From Candidatus Heimdallarchaeota archaeon (GTDB lineage Archaea > Asgardarchaeota > Heimdallarchaeia > Heimdallarchaeales > Heimdallarchaeaceae): a stretch of DNA of 12,894 nucleotides. The stretch is taken from contig DAOVET010000076.1 in assembly GCA_030668825.1 (NCBI GenBank), positions 1-12,894 of the forward strand. The letters are read 5' to 3'. Position 1 is the first letter of the stretch. Each line of letters opens with the position of its first letter. The position numbers and the translations under genes are program-made. The notes under the pieces are model-generated. The model was not told where the DNA came from. It made no database searches and saw only the letters and a program-made list of their open reading frames with translations. Below, one piece after another: positions 1-6,768 of this stretch.

Positions 1-2
1 CA

Positions 3-155
3 ATATTGGTCAATCTTATAATCTCATTCATCAGCTTCTTTATGATTTTCAATGCACTATATCAAGAACCATTTTACGGTTTAGGTGTTCTTCCTGCTTA
101 TGGTGTTTTTACTAAAAAAAACTCGAAGAGAATCAGGAAAATTATGAAAAGATAA
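3..155 (+). CDS. 5'-truncated membrane protein with C-terminal YG motifs; probable paralog of the next gene and candidate rSAM substrate
   Basis: Not in the ORF track. My translation from base 3 is ILVNLIISFISFFMIFNALYQEPFYGLGVLPAYGVFTKKNSKRIRKIMKR*, with TAA at 153-155. It has a hydrophobic helix, then FYG (72-80) and AYGV (96-107), then a basic tail. Confidence 0.8.
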   Translation: MLVNLIISFISFFMIFNALYQEPFYGLGVLPAYGVFTKKNSKRIRKIMKR

Positions 156-169
156 AGGTGTTTTTCCAT

Positions 170-673
170 ATGAATGAAGAAAAATTAAATGAAGTAGGAG
201 CATTAACAGAAGTAGATTCTAAGGATATAAATAAGAACAAGATTAGAAAGAAAATTACCTTAGTATATTATTATCTTATACAACTAGGATTTTTAGCAAT
301 CTCAGGATTTATTGGATTTTTATTTGGTTTATATAAGGACACAAATTCTACTTATCCCTTTAGTAGTTTTGATCAAAGTTACATTTTCGGACCAATTTTC
401 ATAGTAATTGCACAAGGAGGAAATTTAGGACTATCTTACGGTATGAGAAAGAAAGACAAATTAATTTTGAAAAAAGGGGTAAATATTAGGCTGTCTCCTT
501 TCTATGTATATCCAGCTGTTTTTCTAAATTTTGTTTTATCGGTATTCTTCTTCTTATCTATCTATCATATAATGGTTTCTGGGAATGCTTTCACAGCTAC
601 AACTAGATATGGTGTATATACTAGAAAGAAAGCAACATGTAATAATCTTGCTAGTAGGAGTAGTTATGTATAG
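170..673 (+). CDS. Small ~3-TM membrane protein with C-terminal RYGV motif; candidate rSAM substrate
   Basis: ATG at 170 follows AGGTG (156-160), so it is preferred over GTG 158. Three hydrophobic segments. RYGVYTRKK (from 605) lies just after the last helix. The stop overlaps the rSAM start (ATGTATAG, 666-673). Confidence 0.8.
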   Translation: MNEEKLNEVGALTEVDSKDINKNKIRKKITLVYYYLIQLGFLAISGFIGFLFGLYKDTNSTYPFSSFDQSYIFGPIFIVIAQGGNLGLSYGMRKKDKLILKKGVNIRLSPFYVYPAVFLNFVLSVFFFLSIYHIMVSGNAFTATTRYGVYTRKKATCNNLASRSSYV

Positions 674-1730
674 ACTAGACTGTGCGATTTGGGAACTTAC
701 CTTAGCTTGCAACATGCGTTGTAAACATTGTGGTTCAAGTGCAGGAGAAGCTCGAAAAGACGAACTTTCTTTAGAAGAGTGCTACAAATTATGCAGAGAA
801 CTTGCAGATGAAGGATGTAATTTAGTTACTTTGATGGGTGGTGAACCATTTGTTAGAAAGGACTGGAATCAAATTTCTTGGTGTATTAAAGACCTTGGAA
901 TGGACCTAGGGTATGTAACAAATGGACTATTGGTCCCTAAAATTATTGAAGACCTAACATTACTTGAACCACTGGTTGTCGGTATCTCTTTGGATGGTGT
1001 AAAAGAAACTCATGATAGTATCAGAAGAGAAGGGTCTTATGATTCCGTAATTAAGGTACTGGGTCTTCTGGAAGAAGCAGGTATTCAGATCACTGTAATT
1101 ACAACCCTAAGTAAAACTAATTTCAAAGAATTGCACAGTATAAAGGAGATTATCCAGGATAGAAAAGTCAATTGGCAGTTACAAATAGGTTTACCTTTTG
1201 GTAATTTTGATCCTGAACTCACTCTGAGTTTAGAAGAGTTTTATGCATCTGCAATGTTTATCACTGCTGAGGGATTTAAAAACAAATTCGATCATATGCC
1301 TGTAGTTGGAGCGCATTGTTATGGATATTATTCACATCTTCTTCCTAACAACAAGAATTGGAAGGGATGTACAGCTGGTATAAATACAATAGGCATAACA
1401 TCTGATGGTTCGATAGTAGGATGTTTATCAATGGGTAACGATAAATTTATTGAGGGAAATATCAGAGATCGTAATTTCTCAGATATCTGGAATGATCCTA
1501 ATTCCTTTGCATACAATCGGCAATTTACTAGAGCAAACTTAGGTGAGAATTGTGTTAATTGCTTATTTGGTGAAACCTGTAAAGGGGGCTGTAACTCCAC
1601 TTCTTATCATCTTAATCAAACTTTTCATAACACAGCTTACTGTTTCAAGCAAATTGAAGAAAACCTCTTTGATGCAAAACAATACCGTAAAGAGATCAAG
1701 TGGTTAAAACAAAAGGGAGTTAAAACTTGA
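666..1730 (+). CDS. Radical SAM/SPASM peptide/protein maturase, PlpX (splicease)-like
   Basis: CxxxCxxC (CNMRCKHC, 708-731), GGEP and SLDG motifs, plus SPASM cysteines Cx17C...Cx2Cx5Cx3Cx16C. Start moved to ATG 666 because AGGAG lies at 656-660. The blocks WELTLACN..C.HCGS.AG, WQLQ...PFG, GYY and WKGCTAG...GI..DG.I.GC.S match my recollection of PlpX. The rSAM/SPASM call is firm; the subfamily call is less so. Confidence 0.92.
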   Translation: MYRLDCAIWELTLACNMRCKHCGSSAGEARKDELSLEECYKLCRELADEGCNLVTLMGGEPFVRKDWNQISWCIKDLGMDLGYVTNGLLVPKIIEDLTLLEPLVVGISLDGVKETHDSIRREGSYDSVIKVLGLLEEAGIQITVITTLSKTNFKELHSIKEIIQDRKVNWQLQIGLPFGNFDPELTLSLEEFYASAMFITAEGFKNKFDHMPVVGAHCYGYYSHLLPNNKNWKGCTAGINTIGITSDGSIVGCLSMGNDKFIEGNIRDRNFSDIWNDPNSFAYNRQFTRANLGENCVNCLFGETCKGGCNSTSYHLNQTFHNTAYCFKQIEENLFDAKQYRKEIKWLKQKGVKT

Positions 1731-3013
1731 TGATAAAACTTAATCTAGGCTGTGGTGTTTTTTATAAACCTGGATATATCAATATTGATTTATCAGAAAA
1801 CGATGTTGCTGACGAGATACAGAATGTCGCTAATCTTAAGTTTGAATCTAATAGTGTGGATGTCATAGAAGCATCCCATATTCTCGAACACTTCGATATT
1901 ATTCATCTTCCATACGTTCTTGCAGAGTGGTTTAGAGTACTAAAAACGGATGGAGAATTGTACATTGAAACGCCAAATCTAGTGAAATCTATTATTTCTT
2001 TGAAGCCTAAAAGCGATGAGTCAAAGAAACTCACATACCGATTTCTATTCGGCATTGATTTTGAAGGAAATGTCCACAAAATAGGTTTCACTACTCGGTT
2101 TTTGAAGAAATATCTTATTTCTACTGGTTTTACTAAGATATCCAAACAAAAACAAAAAAGCTTCAAATCAGAGAAGAGTATAAGGTACTGCTGCAAGAAA
2201 CCTGCAGAGATTCCACTGACTAACACAAAATTCCTGATAAATTATTTCAGAATACTAATTAAAACTCAATTTGGTTTATTAGATACTCTCTTTTTAGATC
2301 ACTGTGAGTCAAATTGTATAAGTCTTTTCAACAAATTAAAACTAAAAAATGACATGAATAATTTGAGTGATGAATTATGCTTAGAACTAATAGCTTCATT
2401 AACACTTTTTAGTCCTAAGGTTGCTAAAATCTTCGTTGAGCTCTTCTCAGACAATTTACCAACTCACATAAATATTGATGTATTATATTATTTGGATTCT
2501 ATTGATTTCTCCTCAAAAATGTATGAGAATTGGAAGAGCTGGAGAAAAAATAAAGATAAACCAAAATATGATGTATTCTTTTTCTATAATCATTGGATTT
2601 CAAAAATAAAGAAAAGTTTGTTATCAGAAACTAAGATTGATGTCATGTATAATTATATTGAATCAGTGGAAAGAAGCGAGTATGATTACTTTTGTTTTGA
2701 GCTAGTAGATATCTTATCTCTCAGAAAATCTAATCAAGGCTTACGATACTTCTCAAACAAGAATTTTGAAAAAGCAAAAGAATTATTCTTAGAAACCTTG
2801 AAACTTCAACCCTATGATCCTGTTTCAAACTGGAATCTAGCTAGATTATCAAAAAATTCTGAGAACAAAGAGAAGCTGCTCATATATTATAAACAAGCAA
2901 AGATGAATGCCTTATCACGTGAGCATAAGAAGAAAATAAAAAAGGAGATTCATCTCTTGAAGAATGGTAATGAAAAACTAATACCACTAGAACCCATACA
3001 AATCAGATTCTAG
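1730..3013 (+). CDS. Class I SAM-dependent methyltransferase with C-terminal TPR-like repeat
   Basis: KLNLGCG motif I, GYINID, SVDVIEASHILEH and WFRVLKTDGELYIETPN. The C-terminal segment GLRYFSNKNFEKAKELFLETLKLQPYDPVSNWNLARL is TPR-like. ATG 1730 overlaps the rSAM stop (TGATG). Confidence 0.88.
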   Translation: MIKLNLGCGVFYKPGYINIDLSENDVADEIQNVANLKFESNSVDVIEASHILEHFDIIHLPYVLAEWFRVLKTDGELYIETPNLVKSIISLKPKSDESKKLTYRFLFGIDFEGNVHKIGFTTRFLKKYLISTGFTKISKQKQKSFKSEKSIRYCCKKPAEIPLTNTKFLINYFRILIKTQFGLLDTLFLDHCESNCISLFNKLKLKNDMNNLSDELCLELIASLTLFSPKVAKIFVELFSDNLPTHINIDVLYYLDSIDFSSKMYENWKSWRKNKDKPKYDVFFFYNHWISKIKKSLLSETKIDVMYNYIESVERSEYDYFCFELVDILSLRKSNQGLRYFSNKNFEKAKELFLETLKLQPYDPVSNWNLARLSKNSENKEKLLIYYKQAKMNALSREHKKKIKKEIHLLKNGNEKLIPLEPIQIRF

Positions 3014-3175
3014 AACTTTTTCATCATTTACTACAGATAATCTCAGTAGTCAATTTTTCTATAACTGCATAAAATCTATCAATCTTGAGTTGTGTGCAAT
3101 TTTCTTTTATTATTGCTCGTTCAAACTAAAACTTAAAAGCAACTCTCTTTTCCTAAGATTATAACTTATCAAGGG

Positions 3176-4474
3176 TTGTTTAGAGTGGAGAAAGTTTCCT
3201 TCAGAGAATCAATTAAGAACATGAATTATAATGTCAAATTGGTTTTTCTTTTCTCATTTTTCACATCATTTGGGAGAGGAATTTGGATGGGTAATGTGCT
3301 GACAGCATACATCTATTTCTTCACAAATAAATCCAATATTATTGTTGGTCAGACCTCTTTAGCTATGGGACTGACCATGACTGTTTTTGTTCTTCCTTCT
3401 GGTTATTTTGCAGATAAAATTCGTCGAGACATTCTATTAAAAATCGCTTCAGTTGTTGGAGTGGTTGGTCTTGTAGTTATTCAATTTGGCAATACCATTA
3501 CAACCATCTTCGTCGCTCTTGCTTTGTGGGGGTTGTTTCAAGCTCTAACTAGACCTTCTTTAGAATCTATTTTTGCAGATTCTGTTGAATCAGGAAAGAG
3601 AACGAAAGTCTATTCCTTGGTACACTTGGTCAGGCAATTAGCTCAAGCAATTGGACCCTTTGCTAATGTTCTTTTCTTCCTTTGGCTTGGTAATGAATGG
3701 ACACTCAAGAATATGAAAAACGTAATGCTTATTGGAATTCTAATCACTTTTATATCCATTATAATTATGGTGTTTTTCAAAGACAATAAAAGTCTAGGGA
3801 GTTCAAGTGAATCCATTGAAGAAAATATGGTAGAGACAGAAGAATTGAAACATAATGGGCTTTCATCAAGGTTGTCTGTTAGTAGAGCAACTAAGCTTAT
3901 TCCATATCTTTTGGTTGGTTCAAACATTATAATTGGAGTAGGTGCTGGTATGACGATCAAATATTTTCCCCAGTTCTTTATAGAACAATATCATCTAGAA
4001 CCTATTTGGGTTCAGATAATTATGGGTCTGACAGCTATTTTCACAGGATTATTGGCACTTCTTGCACAAAAGTTTTCTGTAAAACGAGGGCGACCACTAA
4101 TAATTTTCTCTGTTCAACTCATAGCTACACTTTGTTTATTTGGAATAGCATTCTACCCAAACATCTGGCTATTAGTACCTCTGTTTATAACTAGGGGAGC
4201 ATTGATGAATGCAGGTCAACCCTTGAGTAGATCGATTCTCATGGATGTAGTTCCGAAAAATAAAAGAGGAAAATGGAATTCTTTGGAAACGCTGGCGTGG
4301 GGATTTTTTTGGAACTTCTCAGCTTTGATAGGTGGTTATATAGTAGGTGACATTGATCCCAGATTTTGGTTAGTCTTTGTAGTAACTGCTTGTGTTTACC
4401 TTGTTGGAATCATTCCTCTCCTGTTCCTAATTCCTCTTGTAGGCAAGGAAAAATACGCGGAAAAAGGCACCTAG
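3176..4474 (+). CDS. Major facilitator superfamily (MFS) transporter
   Basis: About 12 hydrophobic segments in two halves with a hydrophilic linker. Motif A-like SGYFADKIRR in the first half and SVKRGR in the second; ILMDVVPKNKRGK near the end. Exact start uncertain (TTG 3176, or a slightly later GTG/ATG). Confidence 0.92.
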   Translation: MFRVEKVSFRESIKNMNYNVKLVFLFSFFTSFGRGIWMGNVLTAYIYFFTNKSNIIVGQTSLAMGLTMTVFVLPSGYFADKIRRDILLKIASVVGVVGLVVIQFGNTITTIFVALALWGLFQALTRPSLESIFADSVESGKRTKVYSLVHLVRQLAQAIGPFANVLFFLWLGNEWTLKNMKNVMLIGILITFISIIIMVFFKDNKSLGSSSESIEENMVETEELKHNGLSSRLSVSRATKLIPYLLVGSNIIIGVGAGMTIKYFPQFFIEQYHLEPIWVQIIMGLTAIFTGLLALLAQKFSVKRGRPLIIFSVQLIATLCLFGIAFYPNIWLLVPLFITRGALMNAGQPLSRSILMDVVPKNKRGKWNSLETLAWGFFWNFSALIGGYIVGDIDPRFWLVFVVTACVYLVGIIPLLFLIPLVGKEKYAEKGT

Positions 4475-4482
4475 AAGGTTAG

Positions 4483-4489
4483 TTTTTTT
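4483..4489 (+). terminator. Oligo-T archaeal-type terminator after the MFS gene
   Basis: A run of seven T begins 8 nt after the TAG stop. Confidence 0.45.
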
Positions 4490-4547
4490 ACTTTCAGTGT
4501 AGCCTTTCATCTACTGATTTATATATTAATTTCAACAATAGTTTCTT

Positions 4548-4610
4548 GGAGGAGGTTGAAATGACCTCTTTTCCACTTGGGGGGTAAAACCCCCACCCAA
4601 ATTCTTTTGT
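4548..4610 (+). other. Structured intergenic element (two tandem hairpins); possible small RNA or micro-ORF
   Basis: Hairpin GAGGTT-gaaat-GACCTC (4552-4568) and hairpin GGGGGT-aaa-ACCCCC (4580-4594). Preceded by TTTATATA (4518-4525) and followed by TTCTTTT. Confidence 0.4.
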
Positions 4611-4716
4611 CGCATTCAGTTAGATAGTATACAAGATTTCATTATTTAAACCTCAAAGGCAAAAATTGATAAGTATCTTTCTTCAATACTATTTTAAGCT
4701 CTATATTTGATAAAAT

Positions 4717-4722
4717 AGGTGA
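4717..4722 (+). promoter_or_regulatory. Ribosome-binding site AGGTGA
   Basis: Archaeal-type Shine-Dalgarno (SD) sequence 7 nt before ATG 4730. Confidence 0.65.
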
Positions 4723-4729
4723 TATCAAA

Positions 4730-5338
4730 ATGAAAAGAAAAACTGCTCTTCTAACATTTGCATTACTAGCAGTCATTCTTCCTACAGTTGTTTCTGGATC
4801 CCCTTTCTATTATGTTCCTAACACAATGATTGAAGATATGAAATATGGTTCATTTTCAGTAATTGTTGAAGAAGGGTTCTATTTCCTGATTTTTGATAAC
4901 ACAGGATATATAACAGATAACTATACTAGGGTTGATTCCTATGTTATCTTCACTCTGGACTTCGAAGAAAAAGGTATGAGAGATATAAATGCTCAGAAAT
5001 CAGTAAAAGCTGGCGAATATACTTTCATCTCTTTCAATTTTGATGTATCTGGAATTTTTGTCACAGAATGCGATTTTGAAATGACAGCTTCTGAGAGAAT
5101 ATCTGCCTTTCTAACTGATTCTACTGGTTTAGCAGAATACTTTGAAGAGACAGCTGATCTTACTCAAGACCAAAGACGGCAAGAGATAATATTAGTCTCT
5201 AGCATTAGTTCAAGCATTGTAGCAGCTTTATTGATAGTAATTATTTCTATGCGATATAGACTTATTTGGCGAATCAAAAAGAAATACCAAACATATCGAA
5301 ACAAAAAAGCTGGAAGAAGATTCAAAAATATAGGATAA
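4730..5338 (+). CDS. Secreted, C-terminally membrane-anchored protein with a beta-rich (GOLD/p24-like?) domain
   Basis: Signal peptide MKRKTALLTFALLAVILPTVVSG, GFYFLIFDN motif, C-terminal TM helix and a strongly basic tail. Good SD. Confidence 0.8.
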   Translation: MKRKTALLTFALLAVILPTVVSGSPFYYVPNTMIEDMKYGSFSVIVEEGFYFLIFDNTGYITDNYTRVDSYVIFTLDFEEKGMRDINAQKSVKAGEYTFISFNFDVSGIFVTECDFEMTASERISAFLTDSTGLAEYFEETADLTQDQRRQEIILVSSISSSIVAALLIVIISMRYRLIWRIKKKYQTYRNKKAGRRFKNIG

Positions 5339-5343
5339 AAAAA

Positions 5344-6621
5344 CTATTTTGTGGATTTAGGTTTTGTTTTAGCAGGAGTTTTTGGAGTCTTCTTTCCAAA
5401 GATTCTTTCACCATTTTCCACAAAAGTTTTAGTTATTTTTTCTCTCAATAATAGAGCTTGATCGTGATTAAAGAAAATATGTGTATGAATATTGAACAGC
5501 GGTTTCCTTATTTTAGCAATTTTTGGAGGTAGTAGCAATAGTAGATCATTACTTGAGAAGTTCTCATCTATTTCTAGAACTTTTCTAAAATCACTTAGCT
5601 TAAGTTTTATCCTTTCAGTTAATTCAATGAAACGATTTGCTTTCAATTCATATTCAGTCATTTTCTGCTTAATCAAAAAAGCATCATATTTTTCTTGAAT
5701 AACAAAAGTGAACCACTTAGCTTTCCTTACTTCCTTCAGAACAGCACCATAACGAGTGAATTCTAAACTCAATTGTCTCTTTAGTTGGAGCTGTTTTAGG
5801 AGGAAAATTGTCTCTTCTAAAGAAATGCCTATATCAAGTGCAACAGTTGTTAAATTAACATCCTCTTCGAAATTGAGTGAATTTATGATTAGTTTTCTTT
5901 TAGCTTTTCGAACTATTGAAGGACGTATGAAAACATGATAGAGAAGCCAGAAAAATTGTATGAATAAGACACCAGTAATTATAGCTAAATATCCTGAGAA
6001 TGTGTGATATTTTCTCCATTCCAATTCTGCAGGAGAACCAGCTATGGCTTTTCTGAATAGCGAGTTTTTTATTGTTTCTTTCTTTGTTAAGAGGTATGTC
6101 TTCAGCACTATGTGGCTAACAAAACAATAATTCATGAACACATACATTCCTATAAGAAAACCAATAGCAGGTACTGAGTAACCATATGAACTAGGGGCAT
6201 CGGCTAAAGGAAAAGCTAGAGTAATTAATGCAGCTATACTTAGAAATCTGACAATATATATCTTACCTCTATGAGTTGAATCCAAGCCAAAAATATAGAA
6301 GTAAGTATTAAGCAATGCTAGAGCTGGAATTGCAAAAATTAATACTAATGTCCATGGATAGGGGGAATGAATGATATATATCCATCCATCATAATAAACA
6401 TTGAAGAACAAATCGGGGGCTACACTCATTAAACTAAAACAAACAATTATTAGAACAAGAATTGCACTTTCAGATAAGAATAAGTAAAATGGAAATTTTC
6501 TTTTTTTCACTGGAGCATCTGCTAATTGTTGTTTATTATTGTTTGGTTTTACAACAACTTTACCGTTTTCTATTTCTTTCAATTTCGCACTAGGAATAGA
6601 CTCTTCATTCTTAGCGGTCAT
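5344..6621 (-). CDS. Multi-pass membrane protein with cytoplasmic putative winged-helix region
   Basis: About 5 hydrophobic segments, then a soluble region with a wHTH-like pattern (VNLTTVALDIGISLEETIFLLKQL) and a Lys-rich tail. 425-aa open frame. Confidence 0.8.
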   Translation of the reverse strand: MTAKNEESIPSAKLKEIENGKVVVKPNNNKQQLADAPVKKRKFPFYLFLSESAILVLIIVCFSLMSVAPDLFFNVYYDGWIYIIHSPYPWTLVLIFAIPALALLNTYFYIFGLDSTHRGKIYIVRFLSIAALITLAFPLADAPSSYGYSVPAIGFLIGMYVFMNYCFVSHIVLKTYLLTKKETIKNSLFRKAIAGSPAELEWRKYHTFSGYLAIITGVLFIQFFWLLYHVFIRPSIVRKAKRKLIINSLNFEEDVNLTTVALDIGISLEETIFLLKQLQLKRQLSLEFTRYGAVLKEVRKAKWFTFVIQEKYDAFLIKQKMTEYELKANRFIELTERIKLKLSDFRKVLEIDENFSSNDLLLLLPPKIAKIRKPLFNIHTHIFFNHDQALLLREKITKTFVENGERIFGKKTPKTPAKTKPKSTK

Positions 6622-6640
6622 GAGAATAAAATTTCAATCA

Positions 6641-6650
6641 TTATATATAA
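6641..6650 (-). promoter_or_regulatory. TATA box for the minus-strand gene (probably leaderless transcript)
   Basis: Palindromic TTATATATAA lies 20-29 nt upstream of the ATG at 6621; no SD is visible. Confidence 0.55.
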
Positions 6651-6686
6651 AGGCATGTAAATAAAGAAACCGCAATACTGTTTAAA

Positions 6687-6706
6687 GGCGACTAATTGGC
6701 GACTAA
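6687..6706. repeat. Tandem 9-bp direct repeat GGCGACTAA-tt-GGCGACTAA; candidate operator
   Basis: Perfect copies at 6687-6695 and 6698-6706 (11-bp period) in the divergent intergenic region. Confidence 0.6.
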
Positions 6707-6731
6707 AAAGTTTCGTTTTTGCTTTCACAAG

Positions 6732-6739
6732 TTTAAATA
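6732..6739 (+). promoter_or_regulatory. TATA box TTTAAATA for the gene at 6769
   Basis: Consensus-like archaeal TATA about 30 nt upstream of the ATG. Confidence 0.5.
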
Positions 6740-6768
6740 TGAAAGTCTATATTATGGAATGAGCAGAC

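Noticed and set aside
585-665. 27-aa N-terminal extension of the rSAM ORF in the track
   Set aside because: It overlaps the upstream gene's conserved YG region. ATG 666 has an SD and gives a normal distance to CxxxCxxC.
666-1730. Naming the enzyme pqqE, nirJ or ahbD
   Set aside because: No pqq or heme-biosynthesis genes are nearby and the motifs fit PlpX-like enzymes better, so no gene symbol was assigned.
3030-3050. Imperfect palindrome ACTAC-AGAT-a-ATCT-ca-GTAGT after the methyltransferase
   Set aside because: Short, bulged and AT-rich; plausible by chance.
3176-4474. MFS transporter as part of the rSAM system
   Set aside because: It is separated by about 160 bp, enough for its own promoter, and looks generic. 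Nothing in the sequence links it functionally.
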